DNA of 64,000 nucleotides from assembly GCA_017624495.1 (NCBI GenBank), contig JAGAMY010000005.1:6433-70432 (forward strand), written 5' to 3'. Position numbers and translations under genes: made by a program. Shown here piece after piece: positions 1-9,740 of this stretch; position 1 is the stretch's first letter; every line of letters starts with the position of its first letter. The notes below the pieces were generated by a model that ran no database searches, was not told the origin of the DNA, and saw only the letters and a program-made list of their open reading frames with translations. This DNA is from Lachnospiraceae bacterium (lineage in GTDB: Bacteria; Bacillota; Clostridia; Lachnospirales; Lachnospiraceae).

Positions 1-482
1 TGGCAGAGGAATTGCTGAAAAAGTATCTGTTAGATGGAATATACTTTGCTTTTTACAAAAATTTAGGCAGTTATCTGGTAAAAAAATACCAGTTGTACGA
101 TAAATATTATATAGAATATCATACGAAAACCGGAAAAAATGTCGTGCTGCATTACAAGATGCGGGATAAGGATACTGCATATATCGAAGAGGAAATGACA
201 GAAATGCAGACAGGCATTTTTGTAAAGGAAATGGTACTATTTTTTGATGAAGCAGTGCAATATTATATTTCAGAAGAAGATGGAAGCGAAACAGAAACCA
301 CGGAAAGCGGTATGATTCGCTGTAGTGAGATGTATGAAGGAAAAAATAAGAACCGTTATGAAAGTTTAAATGACATGCGTTTGGCAGTTGTAACAAAAGC
401 AAATGAAGAACTTGCGGCAGAAATGAGCCGATACAGATATTTGCGTGAAGAAACAACACGTGTATTTACTATATTAAAATAA
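1..482 (+). CDS. 3' end of a large hypothetical protein (DUF5717-like), truncated by window edge
   Basis: Frame is open from position 3 to TAA at 480-482. Lies directly upstream of the DUF5716-like gene; family name is from recalled gene order. Confidence 0.6.
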   Translation, partial: AEELLKKYLLDGIYFAFYKNLGSYLVKKYQLYDKYYIEYHTKTGKNVVLHYKMRDKDTAYIEEEMTEMQTGIFVKEMVLFFDEAVQYYISEEDGSETETTESGMIRCSEMYEGKNKNRYESLNDMRLAVVTKANEELAAEMSRYRYLREETTRVFTILK

Positions 483-495
483 AGAAGAGGGAAAC

Positions 496-1719
496 ATGCA
501 GGCAGAAAGATATATAGGGATTGATTTAAGTGAAAAACATGCAATGATAAGCTATTATACAAGAGGGATGTCCGAGCCGGGGACATTCAGCATGGTTACC
601 GGAAGCGAAGTATATCAGATTCCTGTATGTGTGGCGAAAAAAAAGGGCGCAAGTCAATGGCTTATTGGTGAAGAAGCAAGAAAATACGCAAAAGACGAAA
701 GTGTATCCTGCGTGGAGGGGCTGTTTAAAAAGGCTTTATCCGGTGAGCAGACAGAAATTGAAAATGAAATTTATGATGTGAAAGACTTACTTTTTGTCTA
801 TTTAAAAAAGCTGCTTGCCCTTCCTATGCATGTTGGCGGGACAATGCCGGATAAGCTGGTAGTTACAACAGAATATATGAATTTAGAAACCAGACAGCTT
901 TTAGGTTTGTTTGCAGAAAAAATACAGTTTCCGACAGAAAAATTAATGCTGCTCGATTATCGGGAGAGTTTTTATTATTATGCATTAAGTCAGTCGCCGG
1001 AGCTTTGCCAGAATCAGGTGGCTTTATACTATTTTTCGTCCGGCAAACTACGTTACTGGCAGTTAAATCATGATAAGCGCACGATACCACAGGTGGTAAC
1101 TATTGAAGAAACAGGTTACGATACATTGCTTGAAAACAGGGATGAGGATTTTTGCCGTATTGTGGCAGATTCCATGGCAGGAAGTGTGATTTCCTCCGTT
1201 TATCTGATAGGGGATGGATTTGATGGCGGTTGGATGAAAAAGTCTTTAACAGCCATATGCCGGGGAAGACGGGCATTTGTAGGCAAAAATTTATTTTGTA
1301 AAGGTGCCTGTTATGGAGCTTCTGTAAAGTCCGGTGAGGAAAACTGGCAGTATGTCTATATGGGCGATAATGAAATCAAAATGAATATCAGTTTAAAGGT
1401 GCAAAATGGAGGGAAAAGTGAATGGATTTCCCTGATAACGGCAGGAGAAAACTGGTATGAAGCCGGAAAGGAATATGAAGTGATATTAAAGGATTCACCG
1501 TCGATAGATTTCTGGATACAGCCACCGAAAAGCAGAGAGGCATCCATACAGACGTTGGAGCTTACAGATATGCCACAGCGGAAGGGACGTACCACAAGGC
1601 TTAGAATATCGGCAAAGCCGGAATCAGCAGAGAAAATCCGCTTTACGATTAAAGATTTGGGATTTGGTGAGATTGTGAAAAGTTCCGATAAAATATGGGA
1701 ATATACCCTGTCATTGTAA
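496..1719 (+). CDS. Atypical Hsp70/actin-fold protein (DUF5716-like)
   Basis: N-terminal YIGIDLS phosphate-1-like motif; WLIGEEA; SVYLIGDG and KGACY motifs; C-terminal LELTDMP..R...RLRI...IKDLG resembles the DnaK substrate-binding beta-sandwich. RBS AGAGGG. Confidence 0.7.
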   Translation: MQAERYIGIDLSEKHAMISYYTRGMSEPGTFSMVTGSEVYQIPVCVAKKKGASQWLIGEEARKYAKDESVSCVEGLFKKALSGEQTEIENEIYDVKDLLFVYLKKLLALPMHVGGTMPDKLVVTTEYMNLETRQLLGLFAEKIQFPTEKLMLLDYRESFYYYALSQSPELCQNQVALYYFSSGKLRYWQLNHDKRTIPQVVTIEETGYDTLLENRDEDFCRIVADSMAGSVISSVYLIGDGFDGGWMKKSLTAICRGRRAFVGKNLFCKGACYGASVKSGEENWQYVYMGDNEIKMNISLKVQNGGKSEWISLITAGENWYEAGKEYEVILKDSPSIDFWIQPPKSREASIQTLELTDMPQRKGRTTRLRISAKPESAEKIRFTIKDLGFGEIVKSSDKIWEYTLSL

Positions 1720-1730
1720 CGGAGGATGGA

Positions 1731-2435
1731 ATGGGAGAATTACTATTGTGCAGCAAAGAGCTTGCATCAGTTCCTTACTATATAGAAACCACAGCGTTAA
1801 ATGTCTACTCTTTAGAAGAAGTGTGTTATTATCTTATGCACAATATTGAACTGATAGAGCCGGGCTTTATGGATGAAGAACTTTGTCAGTGGATAAAAAA
1901 AGAATTGAAAATGACGGCTCTTGCGGAGCGCCTGTTAAAGCTGATTCGGGAAGGAAGAAGCCTTGCAGAGTTTGTCCGTACATTAGCAATGGGCTGTAAT
2001 TATTGTACCGCAGAAGAAATACAAAACATGCAGACGAGTCTTAGCGTATTTCAGGATAAAAGTGAAATCGAATGTGCGAAAATTCGTGCAGACCGTTTTT
2101 TGGCGCAGGGGCGTTATTCCCTATGTGTACAGGAATATCAAAGACTTTTAGCGTTGTTAGAAGTGGCAGAGGGAAGTGGGCTTTTAGCCGGAAATATCTG
2201 GCACAATTTAGGTACGGCTTATGCAGGACAGTTTTTATTTGACAGGGCGGCAGAATGTTATGAGAAGGCATTTTTGAAAAACGGTAATGAGATATCCTTG
2301 CAACAGGCAAATGAAGCAAAAAGACTTGCCGATGATGAAAATCTGCCGGATATGAAAGGGTTAGAAGAAAGTGTAAATGAGCAGAAGCTGCTTTTAGAAA
2401 AGTGGATTCAGGAATACAAAAGAGGCAGCAGATAG
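1731..2435 (+). CDS. TPR-repeat hypothetical protein
   Basis: ATG 1731 after GGAGG; TPR-like segment IWHNLGTAYAGQFLFDRAAECYEKAF. Confidence 0.7.
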   Translation: MGELLLCSKELASVPYYIETTALNVYSLEEVCYYLMHNIELIEPGFMDEELCQWIKKELKMTALAERLLKLIREGRSLAEFVRTLAMGCNYCTAEEIQNMQTSLSVFQDKSEIECAKIRADRFLAQGRYSLCVQEYQRLLALLEVAEGSGLLAGNIWHNLGTAYAGQFLFDRAAECYEKAFLKNGNEISLQQANEAKRLADDENLPDMKGLEESVNEQKLLLEKWIQEYKRGSR

Positions 2436-2448
2436 GAAGGGATGACAT

Positions 2449-3630
2449 ATGGGATTGTTCAAAAGAAAAAGAAGAAAGCCACAGGAAATCGAGATGGATT
2501 TGCAGGAATCCATGCAGCAGACGATAGAAGGAATATCGGATGTAGATTTGAACGATGGAAATAAAGTGCAGCACTATATTTTGGATCGTTGTGAACAGAT
2601 AATTGAGGCTGCAAAAGAGTTAGAGGAAGAAAAGACAGAATATAAAATTGTAACAGAATATCTCAATGATATTCAGACATTAGAGGAACTGCCGGAAAAT
2701 GCCATGGCAGAAATACGGGCTGCGGCAGAAAATGTATCGAAGTTAGACAGATTACGGGACGAATATAAGAATTCGGAAAAAAGAATATCGGATGTACAGT
2801 TTGCACAGATACAGCAGGAGGAAGAACGAATTCCGGATGCCATCAGGCGTTTACAGACCAATGAAACGTATCAAAATACGGTAAAAAGAGATATGAATTA
2901 TCTCGAAGGTGAGAAAACGGAATGGTATTACAATAAACTAGAATTAGTAAGACAGCAGAAGTTGTTAAAAAGTCTTTCTTTTGTGCTGTTTGGTGTATTT
3001 ATTGTGATTATGGCAGTACTTATGGTGGCGCAGTTTGTCTTGTATTTGGATACGACATATATCTGGATGGCAGTCTTTTTTGCAGCAGCCTTAGGGGCAG
3101 TGGGAATTTTCATGAAAATGTCTGCAAACCAGAAGGAAATTGCACGTTCTGAAATTAATATGAATCATGCCATTGTTTTGTTAAATAAAGTAAAATTTAA
3201 GTATGTGAATGTGACAAATGCGGTAGATTATGCAAGAGAAAAATTTCATGTAAATAATGCCTATGAATTGAATTATCTATGGGAGCAGTATTTGAATGAA
3301 GTTAAGGAAAGAGAAAAATTTCAGCAGACAAATGATGATTTGGAATACTTTAACGGCAAGCTTATCCGCCTTTTGAAAAAATATCGCTTGTATGATGTCA
3401 GAGTATGGCTGCATCAGTCCTCCGCTTTAGTCGATAAAAAGGAAATGGTAGAGGTTAAGCATAATCTGATTGTCCGCAGACAGAAATTGCGTTCAAGGAT
3501 TGAGTATAATACACAGGCAATTCGTGCACACCGCACAGAAGTAGACAGGTTGTTAAAACGTAAAAATATTTATACACCGGAGATACGTCAGATTATAGAT
3601 TCTATAGATAATATGAGTTGTATGAAATAG
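2449..3630 (+). CDS. Membrane-anchored coiled-coil hypothetical protein
   Basis: 393 aa; long charged helical regions flank two hydrophobic segments (about aa 177-222). Confidence 0.7.
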   Translation: MGLFKRKRRKPQEIEMDLQESMQQTIEGISDVDLNDGNKVQHYILDRCEQIIEAAKELEEEKTEYKIVTEYLNDIQTLEELPENAMAEIRAAAENVSKLDRLRDEYKNSEKRISDVQFAQIQQEEERIPDAIRRLQTNETYQNTVKRDMNYLEGEKTEWYYNKLELVRQQKLLKSLSFVLFGVFIVIMAVLMVAQFVLYLDTTYIWMAVFFAAALGAVGIFMKMSANQKEIARSEINMNHAIVLLNKVKFKYVNVTNAVDYAREKFHVNNAYELNYLWEQYLNEVKEREKFQQTNDDLEYFNGKLIRLLKKYRLYDVRVWLHQSSALVDKKEMVEVKHNLIVRRQKLRSRIEYNTQAIRAHRTEVDRLLKRKNIYTPEIRQIIDSIDNMSCMK

Positions 3631-3648
3631 GATAATACGGAAAAGAGG

Positions 3649-4101
3649 ATGGAAATGACAAAAAAGGAACAGGCGCAGGCATTATTTTTAGAAGGTTATA
3701 ACTGTGCGCAGGCAGTGGCAGGAGCGTATGCAGAAGAAATGGGAATGGACTTAAAAATGGTGGTAAAAATGGTATCTTCCTTTGGCGGTGGCATGGGAAG
3801 GATGCGTGAGGTCTGTGGTGCGGTCAGTGGAATGTTTTTTGTGGCTGGTGCACTTTTTGGATACGATGACCCGAAAGATACGGAAAGTAAGAAAATGCAT
3901 TATGAAAGAATACAATATCTGGCAGGAAAGTTTAAAGAACAGACAGGCAGTATTATCTGTCGTGAACTGTTAGGACTTGAAGGAAAAGACAATACGCCAA
4001 CGCCAAGTGCCCGGACAAAGGAATATTACAAAAAACGTCCCTGCGTAGAGATGGTGGGTATTGCAGCAGAAATTTTAGAAGAATATCTGGCTTGTCAATA
4101 A
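3649..4101 (+). CDS. C-GCAxxG-C-C family putative redox-active protein
   Basis: YNCAQAV, FGGGMG, VCGAVSG, SIICRELL and final C motifs. Confidence 0.85.
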   Translation: MEMTKKEQAQALFLEGYNCAQAVAGAYAEEMGMDLKMVVKMVSSFGGGMGRMREVCGAVSGMFFVAGALFGYDDPKDTESKKMHYERIQYLAGKFKEQTGSIICRELLGLEGKDNTPTPSARTKEYYKKRPCVEMVGIAAEILEEYLACQ

Positions 4102-4120
4102 AGCATTTCTGTGCTAGATT
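4092..4120 (+). promoter_or_regulatory. Putative sigma-A promoter for gltX
   Basis: TTGTCA-17bp-TAGATT with extended -10 TG. Confidence 0.5.
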
Positions 4121-4152
4121 ATAAAAAGTGTTAAGAAAATGGAGGATAAAAC

Positions 4153-5601
4153 ATGAGCAAGGTAAGAACAAGATTTGCACCAAGTCCAACCGGACGTATG
4201 CATGTCGGCAATTTAAGAACAGCATTATATGCCTATTTGATTTCAAAGCATGAAGGCGGAGATTTCATTTTAAGAATAGAAGATACCGATCAGGAACGTT
4301 ATGTGGAAGGTGCAGTGGATATTATTTACCGTACTTTGGCAAAAACAGGTCTTATTCATGACGAAGGTCCGGACAAAGATGGTGGTGTAGGTCCTTATGT
4401 ACAGAGTGAACGTCAGGAAAAGGGTATTTATTTAGAATATGCAAAGCAGTTAGTGGAAAAAGGTGAAGCGTATTACTGTTTCTGTGATAAAGAGCGTTTA
4501 GAAAGTTTAAAACAGACGGTTGCAGGAAAAGAAATCAATATTTATGATAAACACTGTCTTAGCTTAAGCAAAGAAGAAGTAGAAGCTAAATTAGCAGCAG
4601 GTGAGCCATATGTTATCCGTCAGAATAATCCACAGACCGGTACAACTACATTTTGTGATGAAATTTATGGAGATATCACTGTAGATAATGCAGAATTAGA
4701 CGATATGATTTTAATTAAATCCGATGGTTATCCAACATACAATTTTGCCAATGTTGTAGATGACCATTTGATGGGAATTACTCATGTAGTCAGAGGAAAT
4801 GAATATCTTTCTTCTTCTCCAAAATATAATCGCTTATATGAAGCCTTTGGCTGGGAAGTGCCTGTTTATGTGCATTGTCCGTTAATTACTAATGAGGAGC
4901 ATCAGAAATTAAGTAAACGAAGCGGACATTCTTCCTATGAGGATTTGATTGAACAGGGATTTTTAACAGAAGCCGTAGTAAACTTTGTAGCTTTATTAGG
5001 TTGGAGTCCTTCAGATAATCGGGAAATATTCTCTTTGGAGGAGCTGGTAGAAGCCTTTGATTATAAGCATATGAGCAAGTCCCCGGCAGTTTTTGATGTT
5101 ACCAAATTAAAATGGATGAATGGTGAATATATGAAAGCCATGGATGCCGATAAGTTCTATGAAATGGCAGAGCCATACATCAAAGAAGTGGTGACAAAAG
5201 ACTACGATTTAAAGAAAATTGCAAAAATGGTACAGACCCGTATTGAGGTTTTCCCGGATATTGCAGGACATATTGATTTCTTTGAAGCGTTGCCGGATTA
5301 TGATATCGCTATGTATACACATAAGAAGATGAAAACCAATGCAGAAACCTCTCTTGCCGTATTACAGGAGATTTTACCAATGTTAGAAGCACATGAAGAT
5401 TACACAAATGATGCTTTATATGCAGCAATTTCTGCATTTGTTCAGGAAAAAGGATATAAGAGTGGATATGTGCTCTGGCCAATCCGTACAGCTGTATCCG
5501 GTAAACAAATGACACCGGGTGGAGCAACTGAAATTATGGAAATTATCGGCAAAGAGGAATCCATTGCCAGAATTAAAAAAGGTATTGAAAAACTTTCATA
5601 A
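4153..5601 (+). CDS. gltX: Glutamate--tRNA ligase
   Basis: [15 protein letters not shown] (HIGH motif), LRIEDTD, KLSKR (KMSKS motif). Confidence 0.97.
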   Translation: MSKVRTRFAPSPTGRMHVGNLRTALYAYLISKHEGGDFILRIEDTDQERYVEGAVDIIYRTLAKTGLIHDEGPDKDGGVGPYVQSERQEKGIYLEYAKQLVEKGEAYYCFCDKERLESLKQTVAGKEINIYDKHCLSLSKEEVEAKLAAGEPYVIRQNNPQTGTTTFCDEIYGDITVDNAELDDMILIKSDGYPTYNFANVVDDHLMGITHVVRGNEYLSSSPKYNRLYEAFGWEVPVYVHCPLITNEEHQKLSKRSGHSSYEDLIEQGFLTEAVVNFVALLGWSPSDNREIFSLEELVEAFDYKHMSKSPAVFDVTKLKWMNGEYMKAMDADKFYEMAEPYIKEVVTKDYDLKKIAKMVQTRIEVFPDIAGHIDFFEALPDYDIAMYTHKKMKTNAETSLAVLQEILPMLEAHEDYTNDALYAAISAFVQEKGYKSGYVLWPIRTAVSGKQMTPGGATEIMEIIGKEESIARIKKGIEKLS

Positions 5602-5630
5602 AATATAGTATCTAAGGAATTTCAAATTCT

Positions 5631-7463
5631 ATGAATAAAAATCTTAATGACGCTCAGATGCAGGCAGTTTTGCATCGTGAGGGTCCCATGATGGTACTTG
5701 CCGGACCGGGGTCCGGCAAGACTCTTGTGATTACCCGCAGAATCGAAAACTTAATAAAAAATGTAAAGGCAGACCCGTCAAGTATTCTTGTCATTACTTT
5801 TACAAAAGCAGCAGCAATGGAAATGAAAGAACGTTTTCTGCGAAGAATGTCCACAGAGGGAAGGCGTGTGACCTTTGGAACGTTCCATGCAGTATTTTTT
5901 ATGATATTAAAATATGCTTATGGATATCAGGCGGAGAATATTATAAGAGAAGAAGAAAAGCAGCAGTTTATGCGGGAATTGATACATTCCATGCACTTAG
6001 ACTTTGAGGATGAAAATGATTTTATACAGGGGCTTATTGCAGAGATGGGTCTGGTAAAAAACAGCAGAATACAATTAACGCATTATTATTCCACCACCTG
6101 CGGACAGGATGTGTTCCGCCGGATTTATAAAGAATACGAAGCATTTCTGCACAGGCACAGGAAAATCGATTTTGATGATATGTTAGTCTACACCTATGAA
6201 TTGTTTTCACAGAGAAAGGATATTTTGTCTGCATGGCAGAAAAAGTACCAATATATTTTAGTGGATGAATTTCAGGATGTAAATCAGATACAGTATGATA
6301 TTGTAAAAATGCTTGCAGAACCAAGGAACAACCTTTTTGTGGTGGGAGATGATGACCAGTCTATCTATCGTTTTCGTGGCGCAAAGCCGGAAATTATGCT
6401 GCATATGCCAAAGGATTATAAAGAACTTTCCATGGTAAATTTATCGTATAATTACCGTTGTCCGCCGGCAGTGGTGGATATAGCATCCAAAGTCATATCC
6501 CATAATAGGGAACGGTTTGAGAAAGAAATATGTGCGGCAAAAAAAGATGGTTTTCCGGTAACTGTTGAAAAATTCGAAAATCAGCGGGAAGAAAATAAAA
6601 TGATTCTTGAACGTATCCGGGAGGAAAATATTTCTTATTCCCAGATTGCTGTATTGTTCCGCACCAATATGCAGGCGAGAGGACTTATGGAGCAGCTTTT
6701 AGAGTATAATATCCCATTTACGGCAAAAGACCGTGTGCCCAATCTTTATGAGCACTGGATAGCGAAGGATTTATTTGCGTATATCCGAATCGCAAAGGGA
6801 AGCAGACAAAGACGGGATTTTTTAATGATTATGAATCGTCCGAAACGGTATTTAAGCAGAGAAAGTCTTGAGGAGGAAACGGTAGCCTTTGATGTATGGC
6901 AGGCATTTTATATGGAACAACCCTGGATAGAAGAGCGGATAGAAAAATTACAGCGGGATATCCGTGAAATTGGGAAAATGCGTCCTTTTGCTGCCATAAA
7001 TTATATAAGAAAAGCCATAGGATATGATGAGTTTATAAAAGAATACGCCGAATATCGCAAGATTTCTGCCGAGGAGTTATTTGATGTACTAGAAGAGTTA
7101 CAGGAAAGCAGCAGGGGGTATACAGATTTTGAAAGCTGGTTTGCGCATATGGAAAAATACAAAATTGAAATGGAAAAGCTATGGGAGAAGGGAAAAGGAG
7201 AAAAAGAAGCAGTAACGCTGGCAACCTTCCATAGTGCAAAGGGGCTGGAATTTGATGTGGTACATATCCTTGATGCTAATGAAGGGATTACACCTTACAA
7301 AAAGGCAGTTCTTTTGCCGGAAATGGAAGAAGAACGACGGATGTTTTATGTGGCACTTACCCGGGCGAAGAAAAAACTGCATATCTATTTTGCAAAACAC
7401 ATTAATAATCATGAAGCGGAGATGTCCCGGTTTTTGATGGAATGTGGTTTTTCGGTTGAATAA
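5631..7463 (+). CDS. UvrD/Rep/PcrA-family SF1 ATP-dependent helicase (short form, no obvious C-terminal extension)
   Basis: AGPGSGKT Walker A, VDEFQD, VGDDDQSIYRFRGA, TFHSAKGLEF, EEERRMFYVALTRAK. Confidence 0.92.
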   Translation: MNKNLNDAQMQAVLHREGPMMVLAGPGSGKTLVITRRIENLIKNVKADPSSILVITFTKAAAMEMKERFLRRMSTEGRRVTFGTFHAVFFMILKYAYGYQAENIIREEEKQQFMRELIHSMHLDFEDENDFIQGLIAEMGLVKNSRIQLTHYYSTTCGQDVFRRIYKEYEAFLHRHRKIDFDDMLVYTYELFSQRKDILSAWQKKYQYILVDEFQDVNQIQYDIVKMLAEPRNNLFVVGDDDQSIYRFRGAKPEIMLHMPKDYKELSMVNLSYNYRCPPAVVDIASKVISHNRERFEKEICAAKKDGFPVTVEKFENQREENKMILERIREENISYSQIAVLFRTNMQARGLMEQLLEYNIPFTAKDRVPNLYEHWIAKDLFAYIRIAKGSRQRRDFLMIMNRPKRYLSRESLEEETVAFDVWQAFYMEQPWIEERIEKLQRDIREIGKMRPFAAINYIRKAIGYDEFIKEYAEYRKISAEELFDVLEELQESSRGYTDFESWFAHMEKYKIEMEKLWEKGKGEKEAVTLATFHSAKGLEFDVVHILDANEGITPYKKAVLLPEMEEERRMFYVALTRAKKKLHIYFAKHINNHEAEMSRFLMECGFSVE

Positions 7464-7484
7464 ACACCTGCATTTTTGTATAAT
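7456..7484 (+). promoter_or_regulatory. Putative sigma-A promoter for the signalling cassette
   Basis: TTGAAT-17bp-TATAAT, ending 23 nt before GTG 7508. Confidence 0.6.
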
Positions 7485-7507
7485 AAAGTATATCAGTTAA
7501 GGGGGCG

Positions 7508-9715
7508 GTGCAGGTGAAAACATTGAATCGTACACAGTTGAAATTCATTGCCATATGTGCCATGGTATGCGACCATGTTGCATGGGGATTTGTAGAATTC
7601 TGGACTCCGCTGGGACAGATTATGCATGTGATAGGAAGGCTGACTATACCGATTATGTGTTTTTTTGTGGCAGAGGGTTTTCGCAAAACTGCAAGTGTAA
7701 AGAACTATATACAAAGAATGACATTCTTTGCAATCGTAGCGATGCTGCCATTTTATCTTTTTTTCGGAGAATTGTATGAGTATCGTCAGAATATTATTTT
7801 CGATTTACTGTTGGGCTTGCTTATGTTAGCGGTTTTAGAGCATAAGAAATTTCAAAAATGGCAGAAGGTATTGTTCGCAGCTATTATATTTTTTATTTCA
7901 GCGACGATTGGCGGCTGGGTAATTATGCCTATTCTGTATATTCTTGTATTTTATTATGTAAAAAGTTTTAAACGGCAGGCAGTCTGGGTATGCGGACTGA
8001 CGGTGGCATTACAGGTGTTTTTGATTACGGCAGTGGAATTAAACCGTATATGGCATTTTTCAAAGTATGACTGGCCTTGGTATGACAAGTTATATTTTCT
8101 TGGCTTTATGCTCCCATTGTTTTTTATTAAACGGTATAATGGCGAAAAAGGGAAAGATATTATTGGAAAATATTTCTTTTACCTGTTTTATCCCGCACAT
8201 TTTCTGGTGCTGGCGGGTATAAGAGTGCTGGTGGCAGGTTGCAGTGCGTACGAGATTTATGTGGGATGTCATGTGATTGCCTTATTGGTATGTATAGGGA
8301 TTTTGTTTATGGTTTTATGGGCGAAGCCATCTAGAGGACAGAGTGGTACATTGCTTCTAGTAGCATCGGGCTGTATTTATACCTTTGGTTTTTTGTTAGA
8401 AATTACATCGGGAAATATAGGTGGTTTTTATGCGGCTACGGTTACACAGTATTTTGGGGAAACGCTGTTGATGTTTGGATTTACGCTGTTTGTGGCAGAA
8501 ATGTGTCATAAGGAAGTTCCTGCATTTGTGTATGCCATAGAGGGTGTATTTGGAATAGTAATCATGTGGATGCTGCTCACCACAAGAGAGAATCATTTAT
8601 TTTATACATATATTGGTATAAATGAAGAAGGTCCTTTTCCAAGACAGGTGTTAGTGTATGGCTGGGGATTTGGTTTGTTTTTGGCATATGTGGGACTGAT
8701 TAGTGTAGGATGTTTCAGTACATGTGTATGGAGTGCGAAAAGAAGTGGCGGTATAGACAAAAAGAGATGTATATGTACAGCGGTTGCTATTATGTGTCTG
8801 TGGTTTCCTAATTTTATCAGAGCTACCGGAATTACCGGTGGATATGAGATTCCGTGTCTGGGGATTATTCTGGCTGCGATTCTGGTGGGGATGGCACTGA
8901 CAAGATATGGATATTTTGATTCTATTGCTTTAGCCGGTGAAAATGCCTTAAGCCATGGGCAGGAAGGCATTATGGTAATTGATAACCGTCATATTATTAC
9001 ATATTTTAATAAACGGATGGAAGAGGCTTTTGGGCAGTTGGCATTAAAACAGGATGTATATAAAAATCCTGTGCTTGCAGAAGTGTTTGAAGGAAAGAAA
9101 AAGACTTTAGAAATTAAAGATAAGATATATGAGATGCGCATAGAACCGCTAAATGAAGGCGGTTATATACAATGTTATATGCTTTGGATGTTAGATATTA
9201 CAGAACATCATCGTATGCTCCAAAAGATTAGTGACCTTGCTCACATGGATTCGCTGACAAGATTATATAACAGAAGTTATTTTGTAACTCTTTTAGAAAA
9301 ATATTTGTCTGAAGGCGGCGGTGGAAGTCTTTTCATGATGGATTTAGATAATTTCAAGCAGGTGAATGACCGTTTTGGACATCAGGCGGGCGACGAAGTT
9401 TTAGAGAAATTTGGTGAGGTGCTCGGTGCGTTTGGGAAAGATATGTTTGCCTGCCGTATCGGTGGTGATGAATTCTGTTTGTTTTCTAAGGGAATCATTG
9501 ATGCAAAGGAATTAGGAGCTATTGCAGAAAATGTTTCAACAGAATTTCAGAAGAAACTTTCTACGGAAAAATATGCAGGTATTACAACCGTATCCTTTGG
9601 AATTGCAAGGGTAATTGAAACATCTGACAGAGTGTTTGAAAAATTGTATAGTAATGCGGATAAAGCTTTATATGTGGCAAAAAACAGAAGTAAAAATACA
9701 TGGTATATTCTTTAG
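7508..9715 (+). CDS. Membrane diguanylate cyclase with N-terminal TraX-family domain, 7TM region, PAS-like linker and GGDEF domain
   Basis: TraX motifs LKFIAICAMVCDH, IGRLTIP..F...EGF..T, YNGEKG..KYFFYLFYPAH; C-terminal DSLTRLYNR, DLDNFKQVNDRFGHQAGD, RIGGDEF, ADKALYVAK. Confidence 0.85.
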   Translation: MQVKTLNRTQLKFIAICAMVCDHVAWGFVEFWTPLGQIMHVIGRLTIPIMCFFVAEGFRKTASVKNYIQRMTFFAIVAMLPFYLFFGELYEYRQNIIFDLLLGLLMLAVLEHKKFQKWQKVLFAAIIFFISATIGGWVIMPILYILVFYYVKSFKRQAVWVCGLTVALQVFLITAVELNRIWHFSKYDWPWYDKLYFLGFMLPLFFIKRYNGEKGKDIIGKYFFYLFYPAHFLVLAGIRVLVAGCSAYEIYVGCHVIALLVCIGILFMVLWAKPSRGQSGTLLLVASGCIYTFGFLLEITSGNIGGFYAATVTQYFGETLLMFGFTLFVAEMCHKEVPAFVYAIEGVFGIVIMWMLLTTRENHLFYTYIGINEEGPFPRQVLVYGWGFGLFLAYVGLISVGCFSTCVWSAKRSGGIDKKRCICTAVAIMCLWFPNFIRATGITGGYEIPCLGIILAAILVGMALTRYGYFDSIALAGENALSHGQEGIMVIDNRHIITYFNKRMEEAFGQLALKQDVYKNPVLAEVFEGKKKTLEIKDKIYEMRIEPLNEGGYIQCYMLWMLDITEHHRMLQKISDLAHMDSLTRLYNRSYFVTLLEKYLSEGGGGSLFMMDLDNFKQVNDRFGHQAGDEVLEKFGEVLGAFGKDMFACRIGGDEFCLFSKGIIDAKELGAIAENVSTEFQKKLSTEKYAGITTVSFGIARVIETSDRVFEKLYSNADKALYVAKNRSKNTWYIL

Positions 9716-9740
9716 GAATAGCCTGTATATGGGGGAATGA

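Noticed and set aside
4102-4152. T-box leader for gltX
   Set aside because: Only 51 nt of intergenic space, with no T-box consensus (AAGGTGGTACC-like) or terminator.
7508-8230. TraX as evidence of a conjugative element
   Set aside because: No relaxase, T4SS, integrase or att-like repeats nearby; the domain is fused to a signalling protein.
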